This document shows positions 8,836 to 21,371 of a DNA stretch of 64,000 nucleotides, in pieces; the first letter of the stretch is position 1, and each line of letters starts with the position of its first letter. Both the position numbers and the translations under genes were made by a program. A model generated the notes under the pieces. The model saw nothing but the letters and a program-made list of their open reading frames with translations. It was not told the DNA's origin and did not search any database. This stretch comes from an uncultured Alphaproteobacteria bacterium (GTDB lineage: Bacteria > Pseudomonadota > Alphaproteobacteria > Rhizobiales > Amorphaceae): contig CAVYVL010000005.1 in NCBI GenBank assembly GCA_963771975.1, positions 156,666-220,665 of the forward strand, read 5' to 3'.

Positions 8836-10188
8836 GTGCCGACCACCACCGAACCGCCATTCCGCGCCTCCCGCTACACCACCGGCGCGATCGTCCTGCA
8901 CTGGGTGATCGCGGTGCTGGTCATCCTGCAGATCGCGGGCGGCTACGTGATGGACGACGCCGTCGAGGAAGGCTCGGCGCTGCAGTACACGCTGTTCCAG
9001 CTGCACAAGAGTGTGGGCGTGACGGTGCTGCTGTTGACGGTCGCCCGCATCCTGTGGCGGCTTTTCAATCCGCCGCCTGCCGACCCGCCCGGCGTTTCGG
9101 CGACGGATCGGCGGATCGCCGGCATCGCACACCGGATCTTCTACGTGCTGCTCTTGGCGATTCCGCTGGCCGGCTGGCTGGTGATCACGGTGTCGCCGAT
9201 CCAGATCGCGACGGTGCTCTACTTCCAGGACTGGCTACCGTGGCCGAATCTACCGGTCTTGGGGAGCCTGTCGCCCGATGCACGCGCCGGGATCGAGCAT
9301 CTCGCCCAAGACGTCCACGGCATCCTTGCCTATGCGATGGGCGCTCTGGTGCTGCTGCACATCGGCGGCGCGATGAAGCACCAGTTGAAGGATGGGCGGT
9401 ACCTGCGCCGCATGACGGGCTTTGCCGGCGGTGACGGTCCGCGCAACGCGTTTGGCCACGCGACAACCGTGGTGACGACGCTGGCGATCGCCTTGGTCAT
9501 CATCGGCTCGGCCGGGATTGCGCGCCACACCGCGCAGGGGGCGCAGGCGGATGACGGCGTTTCGCCCGACCAAGCGGCGGTGCTCGGCGCCGAGCCGGCG
9601 TCGACCGCCGAAGTCGCGGCCGTCGGCCCGGTCGCCGCCACCACCGACGAGACGCCCGCCGCGTCGGAGCCGGCATCGCCTGCCGCCGTCGTCCCGCAGT
9701 GGGCCGTGCGGCCGGATGAAAGCGCGCTCACCTTCCGCTTCGGCTATCAGTCCGGCGAAGTGGTCGCCCGTTTCGACGCCTTCGACGCCGACATCGCCTT
9801 CGACCCCGACCATCTCGACCAGTCGGCGATCCAGGTCGACGTGGACCTTGCCAGCGTCGCGATTGAGAGCGGTGGTGTGGCGATGACACAGCTTCGCGGG
9901 CCGGACGGCCTCGCCGTCGACGATAGCGCCACGGCGACGTTCACCTCGGACACGATCCGCGCCACCGACGAGGGGTACGTCGCCGAGGGGCGGCTGACGC
10001 TGCGGTCGGCCGAACAGCCGGCGAGCCTCGCCTTCACCCTCGAAATCGATGGAGACCAGGCGATTGCGCATGGCAGCACCACGCTGGAGCGTCTTGCGTT
10101 CGACATCGGTGCGCAAAGCGATCCAAAGGGCGGAACCGTGTCGCCTACGGTGCGCATCGAGTTCGACCTGATGGCCGATCGTCAGTGA
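8836..10188 (+). CDS. Cytochrome b561 (YceJ-like)-YceI fusion protein
   Basis: N-terminal RYTTGAIVLHW, LHKSVG, AH...YVLL and LHIGGAMKH heme ligands; Ala/Pro linker; C-terminal YceI domain (F+FDPD, GRLTLR, RLAFDIG). GTG start after GGAGAGG. Confidence 0.87.
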   Translation: MPTTTEPPFRASRYTTGAIVLHWVIAVLVILQIAGGYVMDDAVEEGSALQYTLFQLHKSVGVTVLLLTVARILWRLFNPPPADPPGVSATDRRIAGIAHRIFYVLLLAIPLAGWLVITVSPIQIATVLYFQDWLPWPNLPVLGSLSPDARAGIEHLAQDVHGILAYAMGALVLLHIGGAMKHQLKDGRYLRRMTGFAGGDGPRNAFGHATTVVTTLAIALVIIGSAGIARHTAQGAQADDGVSPDQAAVLGAEPASTAEVAAVGPVAATTDETPAASEPASPAAVVPQWAVRPDESALTFRFGYQSGEVVARFDAFDADIAFDPDHLDQSAIQVDVDLASVAIESGGVAMTQLRGPDGLAVDDSATATFTSDTIRATDEGYVAEGRLTLRSAEQPASLAFTLEIDGDQAIAHGSTTLERLAFDIGAQSDPKGGTVSPTVRIEFDLMADRQ

Positions 10189-10215
10189 TCTGGACGTCTT
10201 CGGCGCGCGCCGCGA

Positions 10216-10243
10216 CTTGTGCGTCACATCACTGGTCTTATAT
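10216..10243 (+). promoter_or_regulatory. RpoH (sigma32)-type promoter of dnaK
   Basis: CTTG-N17-CTTATAT upstream of dnaK matches the alphaproteobacterial RpoH consensus. Confidence 0.7.
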
Positions 10244-10328
10244 CTGGCCACTGTACGGGGGCGAACGCGCCCCTGGATTTCTGTCACGCGAACCGGGGAC
10301 CGGTTACGTGAGATTGGGGACGCCATAA

Positions 10329-12291
<1,963 letters not shown>

Positions 12292-12339
12292 GCCGCGGCG
12301 CCGCGGTGACGCTCCCGGCACTCAATGCTCAGACGGCAG

Positions 12340-12363
12340 ACGCGGCCCCCCCGGGGGCCGCGT
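12340..12363 (+). terminator. GC-rich hairpin downstream of dnaK (possible terminator or stabiliser)
   Basis: ACGCGGCCCCC-CC-GGGGGCCGCGT inverted repeat; the U-tract is weak. Confidence 0.45.
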
Positions 12364-12897
12364 TCGCTGCTGCTGCTGCCGGTTCGTTCCCAACTGTTTC
12401 CACTCTCATCGCGTGTATGCCTCCCGGGTCGCGGACGCCCCGTGACCTCGGTCGCCCCCTCAGCGCCGCTGTGGCGGCCGCCGCGCATTCGCGGCGCGGC
12501 AACGTCTTCATCGGCGACGCGGCGAACGACGACCGCGATAGTCGCCACTGGACCGGCCTTCGCGGGCGAGCGCACGTGGCCGAACATTCGCCCGGACGCG
12601 ATGGGTCGCTGCCGAATACGACCATCCCGACGACCTCGCGTGACGCGTCGGATTTTGCCGCAACGCGGTGCGATCCGGCATCGCGGGCGCTGGCACCAGC
12701 GGCATCCACCGGCACCGGCTTTCCGGCTGCCGGGGTGGTAGCCGTCGGCTATGGCGCGTTGCGCCGGCCGGTGCGGGGCGAGACGCGCAGAGTGCGAAAC
12801 AACGCAGCGAGACGGGGCATGCCCGCCGGGCCGCATCTTCGCGGATCCTGACGCCAGCTCCGTTGATGACAACGCACGAGATAATTTAAGAAGAGCG

Positions 12898-14055
12898 ATG
12901 GCGACGACTCAAAAGCGCGACTATTACGAGCTTCTCGAGCGTTTCTCGGACTGTGGACGAGAAGGGCCTCAAGGCGTGCCTATCGCAAACTTGCCATGAA
13001 GTATCACCCGGACCGCAATCCGGGCGATACCGAGGCCGAGTTGATGTTCAAGGAGGTCTCCGAAGCGTACGAGGTGCTGCGCGATCCGCAGAAGCGCGCC
13101 GCCTACGACCGCTTCGGGCACGCCGCCTTCGACGGGCGCATGGGCGGTGGTGGCGCTGGCGGTCCCGGCTTCGGCACCGATTTCGCCTCGGCCATGAGCG
13201 ACATCTTCGACGAGTTCTTCGGCGGGGCGCGTGGCGGCGGAGCGGCCGGTCCGCGCGGTGGACGCCATCGCGGCTCGGATTTGCGCTATAATCTCGAGAT
13301 CGATCTGGAAGACTCCTTCCGCGGCAAGCGGGTGACGATCAACGTGCCGTCGAGCAGCACCTGCGATGTGTGCGAAGGCTCCGGTGCGCGGCCGGGCACC
13401 GAGCCGGTCAGCTGCCCGACCTGCCACGGTGCGGGCCGCGTGCGGGTCAGCCAGGGCTTCTTCACGCTGGAGCGAACCTGCGTGACCTGCTCTGGGCGCG
13501 GCTCGGTGGTGCGCGATCCCTGCACCAATTGCGGCGGCTCTGGCCGCGTCTCCAAGGAGCGCGAGCTTTCGGTCGAGATCCCGGCGGGGATCGAGGACGG
13601 CACCCGCATCCGCCTCGCCGGCGACGGGGAGGCCGGCGTGATGGGCGGCCCGCCGGGGGACCTCTACATTTTCCTTTCGATCAAGCCGCACGACTTTTTC
13701 CAGCGCGAGGGCGCGGATCTATATTGCCGTGTGCCGATCTCTATGGCACGGGCCGCTCTCGGTGGCTCCATCGAGGTGCCGTCGATCGATGGCGAGAAGG
13801 CCAAAGTGAAGATTCCCGAGGCCACGCAGACAGGCCGTCAGTTCCGGTTGCGCGGGAAGGGCATGCCGGTCCTGCGATCGAGCCAGACCGGCGATATGTA
13901 TATTCAGGTCGTCGTGGAGACGCCGCAAAAGCTTGACCCGCCGGCAGCGCGAGCTACTGACGGAGTTCGAGGAGGTGTCCTCGAACGAGAACCATCCTGA
14001 GAGTCACGGGTTCTTCTCTCGTGCCCGTGAGTTTTTCGAGAATCTCTCACAGTAG
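12898..14055 (+). CDS. dnaJ: Chaperone DnaJ (frameshifts near 12940-12980 and 13935)
   Basis: [19 protein letters not shown] (HPD motif), G/F-rich region, four CxxCxGxG repeats and C-terminal [11 protein letters not shown]. Confidence 0.96.
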
Positions 14056-14091
14056 CGTCAGTCGCGACAGCAGCGCCCCGCGGAGCCCCGA

Positions 14092-14885
14092 ATGATCGAC
14101 CAAGCCCGTCAACGCGCCGAGAGAGATGCAAGTCGCGCCTCACGCAGGAGATGCGACATCTCAGCAGCGGAACACCCGTGGGCGCGACCACGCGCCGGCG
14201 AAATCCGCCTCCTGGAGGAGCTGCGCGTCCTGGCGCGGCGGACCGAGGCGGAACTTCGCCCGTCGGACACGACTCGGCAGCGCGTGCGACGGTTTCAGGA
14301 CTGCGTCTGTCGACGAGGTCCGCTTCCTGCGGCAATGGGCTGGCAATCCGCTGAAGACGGGCGCGGTGGCGCCCTCCGGCCAGGAGCTGTCGCGGCTGAT
14401 GGCGGGCTATGTGGAGCTGGATCGGCCCGGCGTCATCGTCGAGCTGGGGCCGGGCACGGGTGCGGTCACGCAAGCGCTGGTGGACCGCGGCGTGCCGCAG
14501 GAGCGCCTCGTGCTGATCGAGTACTCGCCGGAGTTTTGCGACGCTGCTGCGCGAGCGGTTTCCGCATGCCACGGTGATGCAGGGCAACGCCTATGCGCTC
14601 GGCGAGGTGCTGAGCGAGCTCGGCCATCCGCCGGTCGCCTCGGTCGTTTCCGGTCTGCCGCTCTTCACGCGGCCGCTGCCGGAGCGCCAGGCGCTTCTGA
14701 GCGAGGCCATGCGCGCGATGGCGCCCGGCGCGCCCTTCATCCAGTTCTCCTATGCGCTGGTTCCTGCGGTGCAAGGCCTCGTGGGCATCACCTGGTCCAC
14801 GTCGCGTTGGGTGATCGCCAACCTGCCGCCCGCCCGCGTATGGCTCTACCGTTCGGACGCAGAGGACGTCGCCATCGCCGCTTAG
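14092..14885 (+). CDS. pmtA: Phospholipid N-methyltransferase PmtA (frameshifted; start uncertain)
   Basis: [28 protein letters not shown] (SAM motif I), [13 protein letters not shown] and NLPPARVW. The dnaK-dnaJ-pmtA order is known in rhizobia. Frame changes near 14295 and 14540. Confidence 0.85.
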
Positions 14886-14941
14886 GGCCGGCGGTCGCTC
14901 GCCGCACCGCGCTGCGCTCCTCGACCGGGTGCGCGGTCGGC

Positions 14942-14971
14942 GTTGTGGCGCGCCCGTGCACTGCCCATATC
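14942..14971 (+). promoter_or_regulatory. Putative RpoH-type promoter of hslV
   Basis: GTTG-N18-CCCATATC upstream of the heat-shock gene hslV. Confidence 0.45.
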
Positions 14972-14998
14972 GGCACTGAACGGAAACGGTATCTTGTA

Positions 14999-15556
14999 AT
15001 GACTGAGACTTCCAAGGCGCCCTGGCACGGCACGACGATTGTGACCGTGCGCAAGGGCGGCAAGGTCGTCATCGCCGGCGACGGTCAGGTGACGATGGGC
15101 CAGACGGTGATGAAGGGGACGGCACGCAAGGTGCGCCCGATCGGCAAGGGGACGGTAATCGCGGGCTTCGCCGGCGCAACCGCCGATGCCTTCACGCTTC
15201 TGGAGCGGCTCGAGGCCAAGCTCGAGCAGTACCCCGAACAATTGATGCGCGCGGCCGTCGAGCTCGCCAAGGATTGGCGCACGGACCGGTATCTGCGTCA
15301 TCTGGAAGCGATGATGATCGTTGCCGACAAGGTCGAGACCCTGGTGATCACCGGCAACGGCGACGTGCTTCAGCCGGAGAACAACATCGCCGGCATCGGC
15401 TCGGGCGGCGTCTACGCGCTGGCCGCGGCGCGCGCGCTGGCCGCCGAGACGGACCTGTCGGCCGAGGAAATCGCCCGCCGCGCGATGGCGATCGCGGCCG
15501 ATATCTGCGTCTACACCAACGACAGCGTCATCGTCGAAAGCCTCGACACGGCATGA
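14999..15556 (+). CDS. hslV: ATP-dependent protease peptidase subunit HslV
   Basis: WHGTTIV (catalytic Thr), [41 protein letters not shown] and ADICVYTN. Confidence 0.97.
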   Translation: MTETSKAPWHGTTIVTVRKGGKVVIAGDGQVTMGQTVMKGTARKVRPIGKGTVIAGFAGATADAFTLLERLEAKLEQYPEQLMRAAVELAKDWRTDRYLRHLEAMMIVADKVETLVITGNGDVLQPENNIAGIGSGGVYALAAARALAAETDLSAEEIARRAMAIAADICVYTNDSVIVESLDTA

Positions 15557-15563
15557 CCTTCGC

Positions 15564-16085
15564 TCAGACGCCGACGGTGCGGGCGGCCTCCATGGCGCGC
15601 CCGCCTTCTTCGGGCGGGCTGTCGATCACGCTGAGCGCACCGTTGGTCTCGAGCACGACGGCATGCACGTCGCGTAGGTCGGCATGGCCGGCGGACCGGA
15701 CCGCGGCGAGGACCGCCGCTTCCGACAGCCGCACTTGGTTCATGGCCGACGGCAGCAGCCGGCCGCCGTGGACGACGAGCGTCGGCTCGGCCTTGATGGC
15801 CCGGCGCGCGGCATCCCAGCGCGAGGTCGCGAAGGCGACGATCGCCTGGCAGACCACGAGGGTGGCGAGGGCGGCCAGCCCGTCGAGCAACGCGACGCTG
15901 GGCGAGAGGATCGTGGTCGCCAGCACCGAGCCGAGCGCGACGGTGACGACGAAGTCGAACGCGTTGAGGTCGGTGAGCGTCCGTTTGCCGCTGATCCTGA
16001 GCAGCACCACGAGGGCTGCGTAGGCGAGGATCGCGAGGACGGCCACTTGTGCGACCCGAGGCGCATCAGAATATAGATCTACCAT
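15564..16085 (-). CDS. DUF421 (YetF-like) membrane protein
   Basis: [33 protein letters not shown] and [11 protein letters not shown]. Confidence 0.9.
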   Translation of the reverse strand: MVDLYSDAPRVAQVAVLAILAYAALVVLLRISGKRTLTDLNAFDFVVTVALGSVLATTILSPSVALLDGLAALATLVVCQAIVAFATSRWDAARRAIKAEPTLVVHGGRLLPSAMNQVRLSEAAVLAAVRSAGHADLRDVHAVVLETNGALSVIDSPPEEGGRAMEAARTVGV

Positions 16086-16193
16086 GAGCTGCGAACGCGC
16101 CCCGCGCCGGGAAGGTTTCGCAGCAATGACGAGCCGTGCCGGGATGGGCGGCAGACGGCGGGATCAACGGGTCCGCCGGTGGAAAGGAACACC

Positions 16194-17498
16194 ATGACCG
16201 ACTTCTCACCCCGCGAGATCGTCTCCGAGCTCGACCGCTACATCATCGGTCAGAAGGAGGCCAAGCGGGCCGTGGCCATCGCGCTGCGCAATCGCTGGCG
16301 CCGCCAGCAGCTCGAGGGCGACCTGCGCGAGGAGGTGATGCCCAAGAACATCCTGATGATCGGACCGACGGGCGTCGGCAAGACGGAAATCTCGCGCCGC
16401 CTCGCCAAGCTCGCCAACGCGCCGTTCATCAAGGTGGAGGCGACGAAGTTCACCGAGGTCGGTTATGTCGGCCGCGACGTGGAGCAGATCGTGCGCGACC
16501 TCGTGGAGATCGGCCTCGGCCAGGTCCGCGAGCGGCGCCGCAAGGAGGTGCGGGCGACCGCCCACGCGGCCGCCGAGGCTCGGGTGCTGGAGGCGCTGGT
16601 GGGCAAGAACGCCTCACCGGCGACGAAGGACAGCTTCGCCAAGCGCCTGCGCAACGGTGAGCTCGATGACCGCGAGATCGAGGTGGAGATCACCGCCGCG
16701 CCGCAGATGCCGAACTTCGAGCTGCCGGGGATGCCGGGCGGAAACATCGGCGTGATGAACCTGTCCGACATGTTCGGCAAGGCGTTCGGCCAGCAGAAGA
16801 AGTCCCACCGCACCACGGTGCGCGAGTCCTACGAGCTCCTCATCGCCGAGGAGTCCGACAAGCTGCTCGACGACGACAAGCTCACCCAGGAGGCGCTGCG
16901 CCAGGTCGAGAACAACGGCATCGTCTTCCTCGACGAGATCGACAAGATCACCGTGCGGTCCGACCGTGTCGGCGGCGACGTCTCGCGCGAGGGGGTGCAG
17001 CGCGACCTGCTGCCACTGGTCGAAGGCACCACCGTCACCACCAAGTACGGCCAGGTGAAGACCGACCATATCCTCTTCATCGCCTCGGGCGCATTCCACG
17101 TGTCCAAGCCGTCGGACCTCCTGCCGGAGCTTCAGGGCCGCCTGCCGATCCGCGTCGAGCTGCAGCCGCTCACCAAGGAAGACTTCCGCTCGATCCTGAC
17201 CGAGACTGAGGCCTCGCTGATCAAGCAGTCGTCGGCGCTGATGGCGACCGAAGGCGTCACGCTGACCTTCACCGACGATGGCATCGACGCGATCGCGGAG
17301 GTCGCGGTGGACATCAACGCGACGGTCGAGAACATCGGGGCGCGGCGCCTGCAGACGGTGATCGAGCGCGTCCTCGACGATATCTCGTTCACCGCGACCG
17401 ACCGCTCCGGTGATACGCTGACGATCGACGGCGAGTACGTCCGCTCCGGCGTGGCCGAGATCGCCAAGAACGCGGACCTGTCGCGCTACATCCTGTAG
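16194..17498 (+). CDS. hslU: ATP-dependent protease ATPase subunit HslU
   Basis: [23 protein letters not shown] (Walker A), [24 protein letters not shown] and DLSRYIL. Confidence 0.98.
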   Translation: MTDFSPREIVSELDRYIIGQKEAKRAVAIALRNRWRRQQLEGDLREEVMPKNILMIGPTGVGKTEISRRLAKLANAPFIKVEATKFTEVGYVGRDVEQIVRDLVEIGLGQVRERRRKEVRATAHAAAEARVLEALVGKNASPATKDSFAKRLRNGELDDREIEVEITAAPQMPNFELPGMPGGNIGVMNLSDMFGKAFGQQKKSHRTTVRESYELLIAEESDKLLDDDKLTQEALRQVENNGIVFLDEIDKITVRSDRVGGDVSREGVQRDLLPLVEGTTVTTKYGQVKTDHILFIASGAFHVSKPSDLLPELQGRLPIRVELQPLTKEDFRSILTETEASLIKQSSALMATEGVTLTFTDDGIDAIAEVAVDINATVENIGARRLQTVIERVLDDISFTATDRSGDTLTIDGEYVRSGVAEIAKNADLSRYIL

Positions 17499-17742
17499 CG
17501 CGGCGCGGCGCGGCCGCCCGTCCGGCCTCTTGGCGTACCTTGCCGCGTTTTCGTGCAGTGTTCTGGGGACGACTGCGCCCTTGGGGTGGACGATTGCGCG
17601 TACCCTTTGCCGCCGCGCACGATATCCGCAAGACTATTGCAGTTCTGGGCGCGTCCTGACCGGACGGCGAGGCGACAGGAAGATGGGCGTTGCGGTGCCT
17701 TCGGGTGTCACACATTGCCCATGGTGCTGCGAAAGGCTGCAT

Positions 17743-18873
17743 GTGAGCAACGAGGACGATCAGAGCCCGCGCAAGCGTCGCCGCAATCGGGGTGGGGGCG
17801 CGTTGCCGGACGGAAAGCGTGGCCAGCGCCGCGGTCCCCGCGCGGAGCGTACCACTGGCCCTGGCGAGGGGCGGCGCCGCAAGGCGGCACGGGATGAGGC
17901 GGCGCCGGACGTGGCGCCGACCGAGGTCGCGGCCGCGCGCGGGGACGGGCAAGAGGCTCGGCGCGCCGCGGCCCGGGCTGCCCGAATGGAGCGGCGGGCG
18001 CAGTCCGATCGCCCCGTGAAGGGGCGCCGCGAGGCCGGCGCCGGGGCGCCCGCAAGCGCCAGCACCAACCCCTACATCCGCTTCGCCTCCGCCACCGAGC
18101 CGAGCTTCTCCGTCTGCGAGCCGCTGGCAGAGCGCCTGCTCGCCGCCGCGATCGACGTCGCGGAGACCTACTTCCGCCAATACGTCGCGGCCACCGGCAC
18201 CGTGACCGACGAATATCGCGCTGCCATCGCCAAGACGCTGGCGTTCACGCGCCAGAACGCCGCCAGCAACACCTTCCGCGAGGACGAGTTCGTGGCGTTG
18301 GCGGTGCTCGTGTCGCTGCTGGAGCCGCAGCTCGTGGCCGTGGCCGGGGCCAATGCCGACGCGGTGGCCGCCGCCTACGCCACGTCCAGCGCGAAGGTCG
18401 TGGCGGTTGGCAGGAAGGCGGACAAGCTGGCACGCGCCATCGCCCGCGACACCTTCGTCAAGGGGGACTTCGGCGCGCACGACTTCGGTCTGTTGCCGGA
18501 GGGGGCGCTCGCCCATATCGGCGATTCGGTGCCGACGTCCCGCCGCTTGCTGGAGGCGGAGGCCAAGGGCTTCGATGCGGCGGTCGTGACCAATTCGCCG
18601 GGTGTGACGGGCATCGTGCGCCATGGCCTGTCGACCGTGCCGACGCTGCCGATGATCGTCCATGCCGACCGCTACCGAGTTGGCGATCAGATCTCCTGGT
18701 CCAATCGCCGCCGCCGCTTCGAGATGACGATCACCGAGGAGATGCTGGACGAGATGCGCCAGGCGCAGGCGGTCATCGACCGTGTGGTGCCGTTCCCGGT
18801 GCTGGAGGACCAGATCGCCCTGCCGCTGAAGGACAAGGCGCTCGCGCCGCCGTCTCTGGTGCTGTTCCGCTGA
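17743..18873 (+). CDS. Hypothetical protein: Arg-rich disordered N-terminus plus a possibly degenerate class I methyltransferase-like domain
   Basis: Long ORF with GC3-biased codons in the C-terminal two-thirds. The GTG start (MSNEDD) is uncertain. The family resemblance is weak. Confidence 0.65.
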   Translation: MSNEDDQSPRKRRRNRGGGALPDGKRGQRRGPRAERTTGPGEGRRRKAARDEAAPDVAPTEVAAARGDGQEARRAAARAARMERRAQSDRPVKGRREAGAGAPASASTNPYIRFASATEPSFSVCEPLAERLLAAAIDVAETYFRQYVAATGTVTDEYRAAIAKTLAFTRQNAASNTFREDEFVALAVLVSLLEPQLVAVAGANADAVAAAYATSSAKVVAVGRKADKLARAIARDTFVKGDFGAHDFGLLPEGALAHIGDSVPTSRRLLEAEAKGFDAAVVTNSPGVTGIVRHGLSTVPTLPMIVHADRYRVGDQISWSNRRRRFEMTITEEMLDEMRQAQAVIDRVVPFPVLEDQIALPLKDKALAPPSLVLFR

Positions 18874-18938
18874 AGGCTCGCGCGCCGGCGCATCGTCTCC
18901 ACCGTAAAGCCGCACGCCTCGCGGCCGCCTGGCGTGCG

Positions 18939-19517
18939 TCAGCGCGAGACGGTGATGCCGGATCCGTCGGCAGTGGAGCCGGAGAAGTTCTGCGATGAGG
19001 TGGCGCGCAGGGTCGCCACGGTGGATGCGCCGTCGCCGCCCTTCAGCGTCACGGTCGAGCCGGAGAGGTCCCAGGCGGCGATGCCGGCCAGCGAGGGGGC
19101 CGAGCAGCCGCGGGTCGATGCGCGGTAACCGCCTGTCCATGTGGTCAGCGACATGAAGAGCTGGCAGTTGTCGCTGCCGCTGGCGATCGTCCAGCCGCCG
19201 AGGAGATCGGTTCGGCCGACGCTCACCGCGGATGGCGCCGGCGTGGCCGCCGCCACCTCGGTTCCGGCGGCGGCGCTCGATGACGTGCTATCCGGCAGGG
19301 GCTGCTCGGCGACCGGCGGCTGCGGCTCCTGGACCGGCGGCGGCTGGGTGGCCACCGGCGGCGGCGCCAGCGGGGCCTGGCTGACGGGGCGGGACGGCGC
19401 CGGCTGAACGGACGCGACGGTCTGCGTGCGCTGCGACATACACCCACCCATCGCAATCGTCAGGGCGCCGACCAGCGCCAGGCCCAGCGCGCGCGATATG
19501 GAATGGAACTCGATCAT
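18939..19517 (-). CDS. AprI/Inh (Omp19-like) protease-inhibitor lipoprotein
   Basis: Lipobox MGGC, Pro-rich linker, then GGWTIASGSDNCQLFMSLT...GYRASTRGC. Confidence 0.85.
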   Translation of the reverse strand: MIEFHSISRALGLALVGALTIAMGGCMSQRTQTVASVQPAPSRPVSQAPLAPPPVATQPPPVQEPQPPVAEQPLPDSTSSSAAAGTEVAAATPAPSAVSVGRTDLLGGWTIASGSDNCQLFMSLTTWTGGYRASTRGCSAPSLAGIAAWDLSGSTVTLKGGDGASTVATLRATSSQNFSGSTADGSGITVSR

Positions 19518-19689
19518 CACTTTTGCCCCTTCAGGCGTTCCTGGCATTGTTCACCGGCAATACGCGCTCCCACCGGTCCGGGGGGCGCGATCCGATTCGC
19601 CCCCCATACCTGTGTTTGCCCGGATCCGTCGATATAGCGTTAACGTCACCGCGCGGCGAAGGGATGCATGACGCGGGAAGGAAGCGTCC

Positions 19690-20697
19690 TCACGCCGACA
19701 GAGGGCGGTGGACCGGCGGATGCGACAGGACGAGGTCCGGCGGCCGGTGCCCGTCCATGAACACGCGGATGTTGATCACCACCTTGTCGCCCATGTCGAT
19801 CCGGCCCTCCCGCGTGGAGGAGCCCATATGCGGCACGAGCAGCGCCTTGCCGGCCTTGGCCAGCTTGACCAGCTTCGGGTTGACGGCCGGCTCGTTGGTG
19901 AAGACGTCGAGCCCCGCCCCCGCCAGCCGGCCCTCCTCGATGAGCTTGATGAGCGCATCCTCGTCGACGATGTCGCCACGGGCGAGGTTGATGACCATGG
20001 CCTCGGGCTTCATGAGGGCGAGGCGCCGGCCGGAGAGAAGGTGGTAGGTCGCCGGGGTTTGAGGACAGTGGATGGTGACGAAGTCCATCCGGGCGAGCAT
20101 CTGGTCGAGGCTCGCCCAGTAGGTGGCGCCCAGCGGTTCGGCGATCGAGGGGGCGGCGGGTTGGCGGTTATGGTAGTGGATCGACATGCCGAACGCTTTG
20201 GCGCGCTTGGCGACAGCCGCGCCAATTCGTCCCATGCCGACGATGCCGATCCGTTTGCCCCATACCCGGTTGCCCATCATCCAGGTGGGCGCCCAGCCGG
20301 TGAAGGCCCCCTCCTCGATGATGCGCGTGCCCTCGACGATCCGGCGCGGGAGGGCGAGGATCATCGCCATCGTCATGTCGGCGGTGTCCTCCGTGAGGAC
20401 GCCAGGGGTGTTGGTGACCAGGATCTTGCGGGCCGCAGCGGCCTCCACGTCGATATTGTCGATCCCGTTGCCATAGTTGGCGATGAGGCCGAGATCGGGA
20501 CCGGCCTGGGCGAGCACGCCGGCGTCGATCCGGTCGGTGATCGTGGGCACCAGGACGCGCGCATGACGGACGGCCTCGACAAGCTCGGCCTGGGTCATCG
20601 GCCGGTCGTCGGCATTCAGCTTGACGTCGAACAGCTGGCGCATGCGCTCTTCGACCGGGTCCGGCAATTTGCGCGTGACGATGACGCTTGTCGACAT
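19690..20697 (-). CDS. D-isomer 2-hydroxyacid dehydrogenase (D-glycerate dehydrogenase / glyoxylate reductase)
   Basis: VTNTPGVLTEDTAD, GIVGMGRIG, INLARG, AGLDVF.NEP and PHMGS. Confidence 0.92.
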   Translation of the reverse strand: MSTSVIVTRKLPDPVEERMRQLFDVKLNADDRPMTQAELVEAVRHARVLVPTITDRIDAGVLAQAGPDLGLIANYGNGIDNIDVEAAAARKILVTNTPGVLTEDTADMTMAMILALPRRIVEGTRIIEEGAFTGWAPTWMMGNRVWGKRIGIVGMGRIGAAVAKRAKAFGMSIHYHNRQPAAPSIAEPLGATYWASLDQMLARMDFVTIHCPQTPATYHLLSGRRLALMKPEAMVINLARGDIVDEDALIKLIEEGRLAGAGLDVFTNEPAVNPKLVKLAKAGKALLVPHMGSSTREGRIDMGDKVVINIRVFMDGHRPPDLVLSHPPVHRPLSA

Positions 20698-20784
20698 GAC
20701 GCTCCTCTTCAAGCCGTCGCGTTTTGATAACCGAGCTGCAACCCGTTGCATGCCACCTTATCGTCCCGCGCCAAAGAGGGAACG

Positions 20785-21309
20785 ATGAAGCCCATCCGAA
20801 TTTCGATAGCATCCCTGGCTCTGACCCTGGCCATCAGTCTCCTTCCCAGCGCCCACGCGGCCGAGCCGACGGAGGTGGGGGCGAGCGGCCTGCCGTTGCC
20901 GCGATTCGTCAGCCTGTCCGCCGGCACGGTGAACGTCCGGGTCGGGCCAGCGCGCACATACAAGATCAAGTGGACCTTCAATAAACGCGGTCTGCCCGTC
21001 GAGATCGTGCGCGAGTACGGCAACTGGCGCCGTGTGCGCGACGTCGAAGGCGAGGACGGGTGGATCCACCGCTCGCTCCTCTCCGGCAGGCGCACCGCGA
21101 TTGTGGCGCCCTGGTCGGACACGGAGACCATCCCGCTCTTGGAGGAGGCGCGCGCGACGGCGCCTCCGGTGGCATACCTGGAGCCGTTCGTGCTGGCCAA
21201 GGTGGAGCGCTGCGACGGGTCGTGGTGCGCGATCTCCGGAAACAATTGGAAGGGCCTGGTGCCGCAGCGCACGCTTTGGGGGGTGTATCCTTCGGAGACG
21301 GTGGAGTGA
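20785..21309 (+). CDS. Secreted bacterial SH3-domain protein (SH3_4 x2)
   Basis: SGLPLPRFVSL, VNVRVGP, GLPVEIVREYGNWRRVRD..G.GWIH.SLLSGRR and LWGVYP. Divergent from the 2-hydroxyacid dehydrogenase, a conserved alphaproteobacterial pair. Confidence 0.9.
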   Translation: MKPIRISIASLALTLAISLLPSAHAAEPTEVGASGLPLPRFVSLSAGTVNVRVGPARTYKIKWTFNKRGLPVEIVREYGNWRRVRDVEGEDGWIHRSLLSGRRTAIVAPWSDTETIPLLEEARATAPPVAYLEPFVLAKVERCDGSWCAISGNNWKGLVPQRTLWGVYPSETVE

Positions 21310-21371
21310 CCTGGTAGCCTCTCCGCTGACGAGCGGCGGCGACTTTGCGAGCCTCTGAGGCGCTTTGGTCT

